Shown in pieces: positions 19,439 to 30,613 of a stretch of DNA of 64,000 nucleotides. Position 1 is the stretch's first letter, and every line of letters starts with the position of its first letter. The notes beneath the pieces were generated by a model. That model worked only from the letters and a program-made list of their open reading frames with translations. It was not told where the DNA came from and did not search any database. Source of the DNA: Candidatus Helarchaeota archaeon (lineage in GTDB: Archaea; Asgardarchaeota; Lokiarchaeia; Helarchaeales; RDOG01); assembly GCA_019058315.1 (NCBI GenBank), contig JAHPZH010000009.1, positions 128,001 to 192,000 on the forward strand, read 5' to 3'. The position numbers and the translations under genes were made by a program.

Positions 19439-21067
19439 ATGTTTGAAATTATTGGGAGAGATGGTGCGGGGAGGTTAGGAAAATTAAAAACTGCTCATGG
19501 GACTATTTATACACCTGAATTTATGCCAGTATACAATCATAATCATCCGACAGTTCCAATTGATGATTTTGAAAAAATGAATGTTAATATTTTAATTACA
19601 AATGCCTATATAATAAACCGAACTCCCGAATTAAAAGAGATTGCTGAGAAAGGAATTCATAAATTAATAGATTTCAATAAAATAATTATGACAGATTCTG
19701 GAGCTTATCAAGCATGGATGTATCAAAAAGAGCTTGAAATTACAAATAAAGAAATTATCAATTTTCAAGATAAACTTCAACCAGACATTGCAACAATTTT
19801 AGATTTTTTTACAGAAACCAATTCATATTCTATTGCGAAAGAAGGTGTAGAAAAAACTATTAAAAATGCAAAAGAATGTATAAAAATTAGAAAAAAGGAT
19901 TCAAAGATTCTTTGGGCTGCACCAATTCAAGGAGGTCAGTTTCTAGATTTATTGGGGTATTGTGCAGAAGAATTATCTAAACTTGATTTTGATTTTCACC
20001 CCTTAGGAACACTCGCACCCGCACTACTTAATTATAATTTTAAAAAAGTAGCTGAAACAATTGCAGTAACAAAAAAGTATTTAATTCCATCAAGACCATT
20101 ACATGCATTTTCAATTGGACATCCGATCTTTTTTTCATTAGCAGTAGCTCTAGGAGCTGATTTATTTGATTCTTCTTCCTATGCTTTATTCGCAAAAGAA
20201 AATAGATACTTAACAGTAAATGGTACTTTAAGACTCGAAAATATAATATCAGAATTTCCTTGTTCTTGTCCAATTTGTTTAAAATTTACTCCGGAAGAGT
20301 TAAAAAGTAAAGAAAAATTAGAAAAGGAAAAATTGTTAGCTAAACATAATTTATATGTGTGTTTAGAGGAGATGAAACGAATCAGATTTGCTATTAGGGA
20401 AGGTAAGTTATGGGACTTAATTCAAATAAGAATTCAGTCCCATCCTAGATTAGCAGAAGCTTATTATCATGTAATTAACAAATATAAAGAGCTCCTAGAA
20501 CGCTTCGAGCCATTAACCAAACATTCTGCGATTTTCATTACAGATTCAAGTTCTTTAAACCGTCCAGAAGTATTTCGCTACCAAGAAAACTTAAAAAAAT
20601 ATTATCAAGTCCCAAAAAGTGTAAAATATTTAATTCTATTGCCAGATTTAAGGAATATTTTATTCTATAATAAGAAATTTCAGAATATTCAAAATACAAT
20701 CAACGAAATTACTGAAAAAAATAGACCATATTTTCAAATATGTCTAATATCACCCGTATTTGGAATTATTCCAGAAGAATTAAAAGAAATATATCCCCTA
20801 TCGCAATTTGTTTATTCTCAAATAATCAATATGGATTTCATTATCCATAATCAACAAATTATTGAACAATTTATTACTCGTCATAAGAAAAATTATGAAG
20901 AAATAGTATTATACAGACCAAAAGAATTATTCATGGAAGATATAAATAAATCTTTACTGAGTAACCTTACAATAAATAAAATATCTACCGAAATTAAGGT
21001 AGCTATTGTAAATGATGAAGTTCAACTATATGAAAAAATTAAAAAATTAAATCAAAATAAATTTTAG
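19439..21067 (+). CDS. tgtA: Archaeosine tRNA-guanine transglycosylase (no obvious PUA domain)
   Basis: MFEI..RDGAGRLG, TP.FMPV, MTDSG, APIQGG, DLFDSSSY, PCSCPIC, HNL. Confidence 0.92.
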   Translation: MFEIIGRDGAGRLGKLKTAHGTIYTPEFMPVYNHNHPTVPIDDFEKMNVNILITNAYIINRTPELKEIAEKGIHKLIDFNKIIMTDSGAYQAWMYQKELEITNKEIINFQDKLQPDIATILDFFTETNSYSIAKEGVEKTIKNAKECIKIRKKDSKILWAAPIQGGQFLDLLGYCAEELSKLDFDFHPLGTLAPALLNYNFKKVAETIAVTKKYLIPSRPLHAFSIGHPIFFSLAVALGADLFDSSSYALFAKENRYLTVNGTLRLENIISEFPCSCPICLKFTPEELKSKEKLEKEKLLAKHNLYVCLEEMKRIRFAIREGKLWDLIQIRIQSHPRLAEAYYHVINKYKELLERFEPLTKHSAIFITDSSSLNRPEVFRYQENLKKYYQVPKSVKYLILLPDLRNILFYNKKFQNIQNTINEITEKNRPYFQICLISPVFGIIPEELKEIYPLSQFVYSQIINMDFIIHNQQIIEQFITRHKKNYEEIVLYRPKELFMEDINKSLLSNLTINKISTEIKVAIVNDEVQLYEKIKKLNQNKF

Positions 21068-21091
21068 AAAATAGAAAATGGAGTAATTGAA

Positions 21092-21538
21092 ATGAGTCAG
21101 ACGGCTGAAAGCCGATTTTTTAAAGAAATGGCAGGTTTATTAAACGCTAAAGTAAAAGTTATTACTTCAGATAAAATCTATGAAGGTACGTTATTAGGAT
21201 GGGATCGGAAAAGTATGAGTGTCTGTTTAGGTTCTGCCGAAGATGATGAAGGGCGTGAATATCCTAAAATAATTATATATGGCAATACGATTTTGGAACT
21301 AATCGAGACAGGTAGGGCTTTTGACTTAAAAGCACTATCAGAAGATCTGGCAAAATTGTTTCCAAAAGGTGAAGTTCAATATAGCCCTGAAGCTCGTGTA
21401 ATAATGGTTCTTAATAAAATCAAAGTAACCGAATTTGGTGTAGAAGGATCCGGTCCTTTAGCTGAAAGAATACGTAATGTTTATGAGAGATTTCTTGAAG
21501 AACACGAAAGTGAAGTTGAAATAGAAGAAGAAGTATGA
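21092..21538 (+). CDS. Sm-like protein SmAP3 (Lsm plus C-terminal domain)
   Basis: Sm fold followed by [15 protein letters not shown]. Confidence 0.85.
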   Translation: MSQTAESRFFKEMAGLLNAKVKVITSDKIYEGTLLGWDRKSMSVCLGSAEDDEGREYPKIIIYGNTILELIETGRAFDLKALSEDLAKLFPKGEVQYSPEARVIMVLNKIKVTEFGVEGSGPLAERIRNVYERFLEEHESEVEIEEEV

Positions 21539-21554
21539 AATCATAAAGGAATTT

Positions 21555-23237
21555 ATGATGTCTAGACTAACCGGTAAACCTGTCCTCATCTTAAAAGAAG
21601 GAAGCAAGAGAATTTCAGAACAGGATGCACTTAGGGTAAATATTTCTGCTGCCAGAACACTGGCTAATGCAGTTAAAAGTACTTTGGGGCCTAAAGGAAT
21701 GGATAAAATGTTAGTTGATAGACTTGGTGGAATTATTATTACAAATGACGGAGCTACGATATTAGAAGAAATGGATGTTCAACATCCTGCAGCAAAAATG
21801 ATGGTAGAAATAGCAAGAGCTCAAGATGACGAGGTAGGGGATGGGACAACAACAGCTGTAATTATTGCCGGAGAACTTCTTCGACGTGCTGAATTCTTAT
21901 TAGATTTAAAATTACATCCTACAACAATAATTAGAGGATTTAAAAAAGGGCTGGAAAAAGTAAAAGAAATTCTTGAATCTCTCTCAATTAATGTCGATAT
22001 TGATAAAGATACACAAATTTTAAAACAAGCTGCCATGACATCCTTAAATAGCAAATCTATCTCTGGAGTTAAAGAATTATTTGCTGATATTTGTTTCAAT
22101 GCGGCAAATCAAGTAAAAGAATTACGATCTAATAAGAATTTTGTAGATATAGAAAGAATTCAAATCATAAAAAGACAAGGAAAAAGCTTATCGGATTCAA
22201 AATTAATAGATGGAATTATTATTGAGGATCAAATTGTCCATCCTTTAATGCCTAAAAAGATTGAAGACGCTAGAATATGTATACTAGACTTACCTCTTGA
22301 ACTTGAAAAAACAAAATTTGACGCCGAATTAAGATTCACTGACCCATTAGAAATGAAAAAATATCATATCGAAGAAGAAGAGATATTGAAACACTATGTT
22401 CAAAAAATTAAAGAATCAAATGCAAACGTTGTTTTTTCAAAAAAAGGTATTAATGATATTTCTCAACATTATTTGGTATCAAATAATATAATTGGTATTA
22501 GGCGAATCAAAAAGAAAGCAATGGAAAAATTAGCGAAGGCAACTGGTGCTAGAATAGTCTCAAATATTGAAGATCTAACTGAAGATGATATTGGACAGGC
22601 TAGGATAGTTGAAGAGCAATTAATCGGAAATAAAAAGATAATCTTTATTAAAGGTTGTAAAAATCCAAAAGCTGTTTCTATCCTCTTAAGAGGGGGTGTC
22701 GATAATCTTCTAGACGAAGCCGAAAGAGCTCTAAATGATGCTCTTTGTGTTGTTAGGGATATTTTATTTGAAAATAAAATAGTAATTGGTGGAGGAGCAA
22801 TAGAAGTAGAGATTGCAAAATTGCTTAGAGAATTTGCTTCTTCAATAGGAGATAAAGAACAATTGACTATAGAAATTCTAGCTGACAGTATAGAAATGAT
22901 TCCAAAAATATTAGCACAAAATGCCGGTTTTGATCCTATTGATAAAATTTTACAACTTAGGTCAATCCATAGCCAAGAAAATAATAAATATTATGGAATT
23001 AATGTTTTTAATGGTAAAATTGAAGATATGAAAGAAAATGGAGTTATTGAACCATATTCTGTTAAAATGCAAGAAATAAAATCTGCCGTTGAAGCAGCTT
23101 CAATGATTCTAAGAATTGATGATGTAGTGGCTGCTAAATTAATTTCCCCAGAAGCTAAGGCAGGAATGCCAACGGGACCATTATCTGGAATGGGTGGAAT
23201 GCCACCTGGAATGGGCGGAATGCCGCCAGGTATTTAA
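21555..23237 (+). CDS. ths: Thermosome (group II chaperonin) subunit
   Basis: [35 protein letters not shown]-rich tail. Confidence 0.97.
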   Translation: MMSRLTGKPVLILKEGSKRISEQDALRVNISAARTLANAVKSTLGPKGMDKMLVDRLGGIIITNDGATILEEMDVQHPAAKMMVEIARAQDDEVGDGTTTAVIIAGELLRRAEFLLDLKLHPTTIIRGFKKGLEKVKEILESLSINVDIDKDTQILKQAAMTSLNSKSISGVKELFADICFNAANQVKELRSNKNFVDIERIQIIKRQGKSLSDSKLIDGIIIEDQIVHPLMPKKIEDARICILDLPLELEKTKFDAELRFTDPLEMKKYHIEEEEILKHYVQKIKESNANVVFSKKGINDISQHYLVSNNIIGIRRIKKKAMEKLAKATGARIVSNIEDLTEDDIGQARIVEEQLIGNKKIIFIKGCKNPKAVSILLRGGVDNLLDEAERALNDALCVVRDILFENKIVIGGGAIEVEIAKLLREFASSIGDKEQLTIEILADSIEMIPKILAQNAGFDPIDKILQLRSIHSQENNKYYGINVFNGKIEDMKENGVIEPYSVKMQEIKSAVEAASMILRIDDVVAAKLISPEAKAGMPTGPLSGMGGMPPGMGGMPPGI

Positions 23238-23273
23238 AAAAATTCTTTATATAGAATAGCTCCGGTAGTGTAG

Positions 23274-23303
23274 ACGCAAATTAACGAAAATCTTGCGACA
23301 AAA
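23274..23303 (+). other. tRNA-Glu intron 1 (D-loop, 15/16; relaxed BHB)
   Basis: GTGT-AG^A-CGCAA...TTGCG-ACAA-AA^T. Confidence 0.82.
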
Positions 23304-23328
23304 TCCGGTCAAGCATAAAGGGCTCTCG

Positions 23329-23356
23329 TTTATACGTAATTTTACTATAAAAAGAA
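23329..23356 (+). other. tRNA-Glu intron 2 (canonical 37/38)
   Basis: GGG-CTCT-CG^T-TTATA...TATAA-AAAG-AA^A-CCC. Confidence 0.9.
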
Positions 23357-23364
23357 ACCCTTCG

Positions 23365-23389
23365 GCTGCTAATTTATTAGCAGGAGGAA
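23365..23389 (+). other. tRNA-Glu intron 3 (variable loop, 45/46; relaxed BHB)
   Basis: CCTT-CG^G-CTGCTAA...TTAGCAG-GAGG-AA^A. Confidence 0.87.
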
Positions 23390-23790
23390 ACCCGGGTCCG
23401 AATCCCGGCCGGAGCACCAATTTTTAATTTCTAATGATTTTATTTCTTGATTTATGATCAAATCTAATTTGGTATTATTGAAAAACTATATTTAGTTAAG
23501 GCGCGTATTGGAAAATAGAGTTAAAAAATTTTATGATTATACTAAAATGAAATTTAGCTTTAATTTGATAATATTTATAAATTATTTTTAGTTCTACTAC
23601 AAAAGAAAAATAGAAAATGTTATTAGAGGAAATACGATTTTTAATGAATATTATTTCTAATAATTCAATTTACTCAAATATAAAGAGATGATGCTCAAAT
23701 TAAATTAATTTGTGCTAATATTTTTTGATAATGTCTTATCTGAATTATTGAGAGTTAAAAATTTTTTCCCATATAAGAGGATATGCTAAA

Positions 23791-26610
23791 ATGTCCCAAC
23801 ATAATTTGAAACAAATTGATAAGATTGTTTTTGGAATTTTAGTTCCCGATAATATTCGAAAGATGAGTGTAACCAGAATTATGACTGCTGACACTTATGA
23901 TGAAGACGGGTTACCAATAGATTCTGGTCTAATGGACGGAAGGCTTGGAACGGTCGAGCCTGGACAAAGATGTAAGACTTGTGGCAATAGAGTTGGAGAA
24001 TGCCCTGGCCATTTCGGGCATATTGAATTATCGCGTCCTATAATCCATGTAGGATTTGCTCCTTATATACAAAAAATTTTAAGAGCAATTTGTAGAAAAT
24101 GTAGCCGAATCGTCCTAACAGAAGAAGAACTGATAGAAATTAGAACTGATGAAGAAGGAGAATATGACGAAGATATAGATTTTCAAGATAGACTGGCTTT
24201 TACTGACACAATTTTAAAAAGAGCATACAAAGTTACCACCTGTCCTTATTGTGGAGATAAGGAACTAAAAATCGTTTTAGAAAAACCAACAACTTTTTAT
24301 GAAAAAACTGAGGCAGGTTTTTCTAGATTAAATCCCAGTGATATTAGAGATAGATTCGAACGCATTTCGGATGAAGATTGTATGCGTCTAGGTCTAAATC
24401 CAGAGTATGCAAGACCAGAATGGATGATTTTAACCGTTTTACCAGTTCCTCCTGTATGTGTTAGACCTTCAATTACTCTAGAATCGGGTGTCCGATCAGA
24501 AGATGATATGACTCATAAATTGGTGGATATTATTCGAATTAATCAACGGCTTAAAGAAAATATTGAAGCTGGTGCACCACAATTAATTGTTGAAGATCTT
24601 TGGGAACTTTTACAATACCATGTAACTACTTATTTTAATAATGAAGTGTCAGGTATACCTCCTGCACGTCATCGTTCTGGAAGAGCTTTACGTACTTTAT
24701 CTCAGAGATTAAAAGGAAAAGAAGGACGGTTTAGGAGTAATTTATCAGGAAAGAGAGTGGATTTTTCTGCAAGAACTGTGATAAGTCCAGATCCTAATTT
24801 AAGTATTAATGAAGTTGGTGTTCCAAGGGAAGGAGTGGCTGAAATTCTTACAATTCCGGAACGTGTAACAGAATGGAATATAGATGAAATGAAAAATTTA
24901 GTAATTAGAGGGCCAGAAAAACATCCTGGGGCAAATTATGTAATTCGAGGTGATGGTAGAAGAATAGATTTACGTTTTGTAAAAAATAAAGAAGCTGTTG
25001 CAGATACACTCGAACCCGGATTTATTATCGAACGCCACTTAAGGGATGGTGATGTCGTATTATTTAATCGGCAACCCTCTTTGCATAGATTATCTATAAT
25101 GGCACATGAAGTTATTGTGATGCCATATAAAACTTTCAGATTAAGTTTATGTGTATGTCCTCCTTATAATGCAGATTTCGATGGGGATGAAATGAATCTG
25201 CATGTTCCTAGAAATGAAGAAGCCCGTGCTGAAGCAAGAAATCTGATGTTAGTTCAAGAACAAATTTTATCTCCAAGATATGGGGGGCCTATTATTGGTG
25301 GAATTCAAGATTATATTTCTGCTGCATTCTTATTAACTAGAAAAAATGTATTTTTAGATAAGAAACAAGCTTGTCAATTACTAATGGCTGCGGGATACCA
25401 AGAGAGGGAAGGTAAAAAAATTAGATATGAATTACCTGATCCAGTAATTATTAAACCAGTTCCAAGATGGACTGGAAAGCAAATATTTAGTGTAATTATG
25501 CCAGATGGTTTAAACTTATCATTAAAATCTAAAATATGTCGTAAATGTGGAAATTGTGAAAAAGGAGAATGCCCTAACGATGCGTATGTATTAGTTAGAA
25601 ATGGACAACTTTTAACTGGCGTTATAGATAAAAAAGCGTTTGGAGCAGGTCAACCTGACAGTTTACTTCATAGAATTGTAAAAGATTATAATAATAAAAG
25701 AGCTAGAATATTTTTAGACTCAGAAGCTTCCATGTTAATTGAATTAATAACTAATAGAGGTTTCTCTGTAGGAATTGATGATATAGATATTCAAGAAGAG
25801 GCACGTAATAGAATAACTGAAATATTATCTAAAGCGAATAAAGATGTTAACAATTTTGTTGAAATTTATAGAAATGGTGAATTACAAAGATTACCAGGAA
25901 GATCATTAAAAGAAACACTCGAAATGCGAATAATGAGTGTTTTATCGGAAGCAAGAGATAAAGCAGGGGAAATTGCAGGTCAATATCTTGGAATTAATAA
26001 ACCAGCTGTAATTATGACAAAAACAGGAGCTAGAGGAAATCCTTTAAATCTAGCTCAAATGGCAGCTTGTGTAGGTCAACAATCCGTTAGAGGTGAACGT
26101 ATAGTTCGAGGTTACCGTAAAAGGACTTTGCCTCATTTTAATAAAAATGATCTAGGGGCGAAATCAAGAGGTTTTGTCAGTTCATCTTATCGTAGAGGTC
26201 TTAATCCAATAGAATTTTTCTTTCATGCAATGGGAGGGAGAGAAGGACTAGTAGATACAGCTGTTAGAACAAGTACAAGTGGATATATGCAAAGGAGATT
26301 AATAAATGCACTACAAGATATAAAAGTTGAATATGATGGTACTGTTCGAAATGCAGTGGGAGAATTAATTCAATTCCGCTATGGGGATGACGATATAGAC
26401 CCTGCTAAAAGTGACCATGGAAAGGCTGTTAATATTAATGCCATTGTTGAAAAAATACTAAGTCAACTTGATGAATATGAAATACCATCTGAAGAGGTTA
26501 TCAAATTCAAATTACATAAGGCCTATGATCAAGGGCTAATTTCTAAGTCGATTTTAAAAGAATTAGAAGCAAAATTATTGAAATTAAAAGCTAAAGAAAC
26601 TCAAAATTAA
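23791..26610 (+). CDS. rpo1N: DNA-directed RNA polymerase subunit A' (Rpo1N)
   Basis: CPGHFGHI, LSGKRVDFSARTVI, NRQPSLH, YNADFDGDEMN, GGREGLVDTAV. Confidence 0.99.
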   Translation: MSQHNLKQIDKIVFGILVPDNIRKMSVTRIMTADTYDEDGLPIDSGLMDGRLGTVEPGQRCKTCGNRVGECPGHFGHIELSRPIIHVGFAPYIQKILRAICRKCSRIVLTEEELIEIRTDEEGEYDEDIDFQDRLAFTDTILKRAYKVTTCPYCGDKELKIVLEKPTTFYEKTEAGFSRLNPSDIRDRFERISDEDCMRLGLNPEYARPEWMILTVLPVPPVCVRPSITLESGVRSEDDMTHKLVDIIRINQRLKENIEAGAPQLIVEDLWELLQYHVTTYFNNEVSGIPPARHRSGRALRTLSQRLKGKEGRFRSNLSGKRVDFSARTVISPDPNLSINEVGVPREGVAEILTIPERVTEWNIDEMKNLVIRGPEKHPGANYVIRGDGRRIDLRFVKNKEAVADTLEPGFIIERHLRDGDVVLFNRQPSLHRLSIMAHEVIVMPYKTFRLSLCVCPPYNADFDGDEMNLHVPRNEEARAEARNLMLVQEQILSPRYGGPIIGGIQDYISAAFLLTRKNVFLDKKQACQLLMAAGYQEREGKKIRYELPDPVIIKPVPRWTGKQIFSVIMPDGLNLSLKSKICRKCGNCEKGECPNDAYVLVRNGQLLTGVIDKKAFGAGQPDSLLHRIVKDYNNKRARIFLDSEASMLIELITNRGFSVGIDDIDIQEEARNRITEILSKANKDVNNFVEIYRNGELQRLPGRSLKETLEMRIMSVLSEARDKAGEIAGQYLGINKPAVIMTKTGARGNPLNLAQMAACVGQQSVRGERIVRGYRKRTLPHFNKNDLGAKSRGFVSSSYRRGLNPIEFFFHAMGGREGLVDTAVRTSTSGYMQRRLINALQDIKVEYDGTVRNAVGELIQFRYGDDDIDPAKSDHGKAVNINAIVEKILSQLDEYEIPSEEVIKFKLHKAYDQGLISKSILKELEAKLLKLKAKETQN

Positions 26611-26619
26611 TTTTTGTGA

Positions 26620-27981
<1,362 letters not shown>

Positions 27982-28043
27982 AATGAAAATTAATCATAAT
28001 GTTTAAAACCCTTTCTTGATAAATTTGAATTGGAAGTAGAAAA

Positions 28044-28340
28044 TTGATCGATGAAGATACAGCGATTAAAATTGCAATAAAAACTGGAAAAGTTATGATA
28101 GGATCAAAAAGGTCTAAGACTTCAATAATTACAAATAAAGCCCAATTGGTAATAAAGGCTGCAAATTGTCCCAAAAAAATTTCGGAAGACTTAAAATATT
28201 ATACAAAATTAACAAATATCCCACTCCATACATATAAAGGTTCAAGTATAGACCTAGGATTTATTTGTGGTAAACCATTTATGATCTCAACTATTGCAAT
28301 AGAAGATGCTGGAGATTCTGAAATTTTAAAGCTTTCATAA
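28044..28340 (+). CDS. rpl30e: 50S ribosomal protein L30e
   Basis: AIKTGKVMIG, A.NCP, LGFICGKPF, D.GDSEIL. Confidence 0.95.
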   Translation: MIDEDTAIKIAIKTGKVMIGSKRSKTSIITNKAQLVIKAANCPKKISEDLKYYTKLTNIPLHTYKGSSIDLGFICGKPFMISTIAIEDAGDSEILKLS

Positions 28341-28407
28341 TTCAAATTTAGCTTATTAAAACAATTAAAAAGAAAAATAAACTGATAATACGGAACGAGG
28401 AAATTTA

Positions 28408-28848
28408 ATGTCACCAGGAATTAAACTAGGAGATACAGAAATTCGATTTATCTCATTATTTGAGAGTATAACTGGCGCAGTTGCAAGGGATTGTATATTG
28501 GATGATACTGAAGAAAGAATAATTTTTGTAGTGAAACCTGGTAATATTGGACTTGCTATAGGAAAGAGTGGGATTAATATTCGAAGGGTTCGGGAATTTT
28601 TAAATAAGAAAGCTATAGATGTAGTTGAATATGCCGAAAAGCCAGAAGCTTTTATTACTAATACCCTTAGTCCAGCAAAAATAAAGACAATTACCATAAC
28701 TGAAAGAAGAGATGGACGAAAAATTGCTTTAGTTACTGTTGATACCAAAGATAGAGGGATTGCAATAGGAAAAAATGGAAGGAATGTGGCTAGAGCAAAA
28801 TTATTAGCTAAACGCCACTTTGATATTGATGATGTAATAATCAGTTAA
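28408..28848 (+). CDS. nusA: Archaeal NusA
   Basis: FESITGA.ARDC, two KH motifs AIGK.G. Confidence 0.96.
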   Translation: MSPGIKLGDTEIRFISLFESITGAVARDCILDDTEERIIFVVKPGNIGLAIGKSGINIRRVREFLNKKAIDVVEYAEKPEAFITNTLSPAKIKTITITERRDGRKIALVTVDTKDRGIAIGKNGRNVARAKLLAKRHFDIDDVIIS

Positions 28849-29149
28849 TCTTATTTGGTCGAAATTTAATAAAAAAAACGAAATTCTGTTTCTAAAATTA
28901 AAATATTTTTTTAAATCTCACCATTATCAACTTTAATTATGACAAAAAACCTCATTTTAAAATTAAACACATAAAGGATTTATATTGGTATTTCGCAATA
29001 ACTTATTAGATTTGTTGGTTAAATTTCAAGAATTAAATTTAATAATTATGATCTAGAAATTGAATCATAACAGTCTAAAAAAAGTTTATAATCACTTATG
29101 TAAAATAATATATTCTTGTGGTCATCAATTAATTTGGATATGATTTATA

Positions 29150-29827
29150 TTGGAAGATAAAGAACAGATTTTGAGTCGAGTCGTAGGATTTCTCTATGAC
29201 GCATTGGACAATTTTAAATCGACTATGGATGATGTAAGTGGTTCTTTAAATACTCTAATGAGTTCATTAACAAAAGTTGAGAAGGATTTACAAGTTTTGG
29301 GTGTTCAACCTAAACATACTACTCCTATGTCTTCAAGTCAAATAGCTGAACGTATCAAAGCTGGCAGTACTACGTCATCGAGAGAGAGATTGATAGGACT
29401 ATTAACAGGAAGACCATTAAGTACTGCTGCTGCAAGTGCTGGAACTCCTTTAACGCCGACAAAGACTCCTACTAGACCGGCACCTGCCGTTTCTGTTTCA
29501 AAACCAATTTCTACTGCTGGACCCCCAAAACAGATGGTAGGCCCTCCTAGAAAAATGGCAAGTCCTCCCAAACCAATGCAACTACCTCCCAAACCAATGG
29601 CTCCAATTAAAACCGCAGCTCCTCCCGTGATGAGACCTCCAACTGTAGCAAAACCTCCAACAACTGTAGCAACACCACCAATTATGAAACCCCCCACTCC
29701 TCCTATGGCAACAGCAAGTCCAACTCCAACAAATGCCTCTGCTAAACCGGGAGGATCAATAATTGGTCTACGGGATGAAATGCTTAAAGAATTAAAAAGA
29801 TTGAAGAGTATAATGAAGGGCGGTTAA
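29150..29827 (+). CDS. Hypothetical protein: N-terminal helical region, Pro/Thr-rich linker, C-terminal amphipathic helix
   Basis: Repeated PPK(P/Q)M and PPT units; ends LRDEMLKELKRLKSIM. Confidence 0.75.
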   Translation: MEDKEQILSRVVGFLYDALDNFKSTMDDVSGSLNTLMSSLTKVEKDLQVLGVQPKHTTPMSSSQIAERIKAGSTTSSRERLIGLLTGRPLSTAAASAGTPLTPTKTPTRPAPAVSVSKPISTAGPPKQMVGPPRKMASPPKPMQLPPKPMAPIKTAAPPVMRPPTVAKPPTTVATPPIMKPPTPPMATASPTPTNASAKPGGSIIGLRDEMLKELKRLKSIMKGG

Positions 29828-30037
29828 TCCCGAGATTTTTATATAATTTTTTTATTCTTTTAGAAGCAATATAAACTTAAACTTATTCTATTTTTCCTTA
29901 TTAAAATAAACAGTTACTTAATAATTTTGAGTTTAATCACTCAAACAAATCTATTTTATATTGATTTGTAAAATAAAGAGAGAATATTTGAAATGAATAT
30001 TGTTTTTACTAAAATTCAATAAAGTAAAAAAAATTTG

Positions 30038-30307
30038 TTAGCATTGAAGGTCGAAAGTAATATTTGAAATCGGAATGACGAATATGTACCCTTTTCTGAT
30101 GACAACTGTGTGATAATATTCTGCTAGACCTAAAAACCCCTTTATAACACTCTCATCGCCTTCATATTTAAATACTACACTCACAGATCCCTTTTTAATC
30201 TCTGCTTTTTCATAGACTCTCTCGTCAATTAGCGGAATTTTCATCTCATTTACTATTTCATACACTTTTTTTACAAAATCTTCTTTGTCAATTTTCTCTT
30301 TTGGCAT
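30038..30307 (-). CDS. Hypothetical protein
   Basis: GAGG upstream of ATG; protein-like composition. Confidence 0.7.
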   Translation of the reverse strand: MPKEKIDKEDFVKKVYEIVNEMKIPLIDERVYEKAEIKKGSVSVVFKYEGDESVIKGFLGLAEYYHTVVIRKGYIFVIPISNITFDLQC

Positions 30308-30613
30308 TTTCGTATCCTCAAGAATTGTATTATTATTAATTTACAATAGATGTATTTTAATTAAACGAGTTAATATTAAGGTTTTACTTAACAATTTGAA
30401 ATTCTTATTTTTTAAGATTATTTCAAAAAAATAAATTTATTTTAATTAAACATTATTTTTCTGAAATTGAGAGTTGAATGACAGTTTTTAATATTTTGAA
30501 ATTTTAATTAAGCCGTTCTATTATGCTTTATTTGATAAATAGTGTATTAGGACAAAAGTGCTTATGAATTGAACAAATAATAAGTAAAAATTACATTTAA
30601 ACATACAACGAAA

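Larger units (their letters stand above)
23259..23419 (+). tRNA. tRNA-Glu(CUC) with three introns; CCA encoded
   Basis: Spliced: GCTCCGG TA GTGT AG^TCCGGTCAA GCAT A AAGGG CT CTC G^A CCCTT CG^AC CCGGG TCCGAAT CCCGG CCGGAGC A CCA. Confidence 0.92.

Noticed and set aside
23160-23235. GGAATG repeats as a DNA repeat element
   Set aside because: They encode the ordinary GGM-rich thermosome tail.
23420-23790. Integrated element at tRNA-Glu or tRNA-Arg
   Set aside because: No integrase and no duplicated tRNA 3' end noticed in the window.
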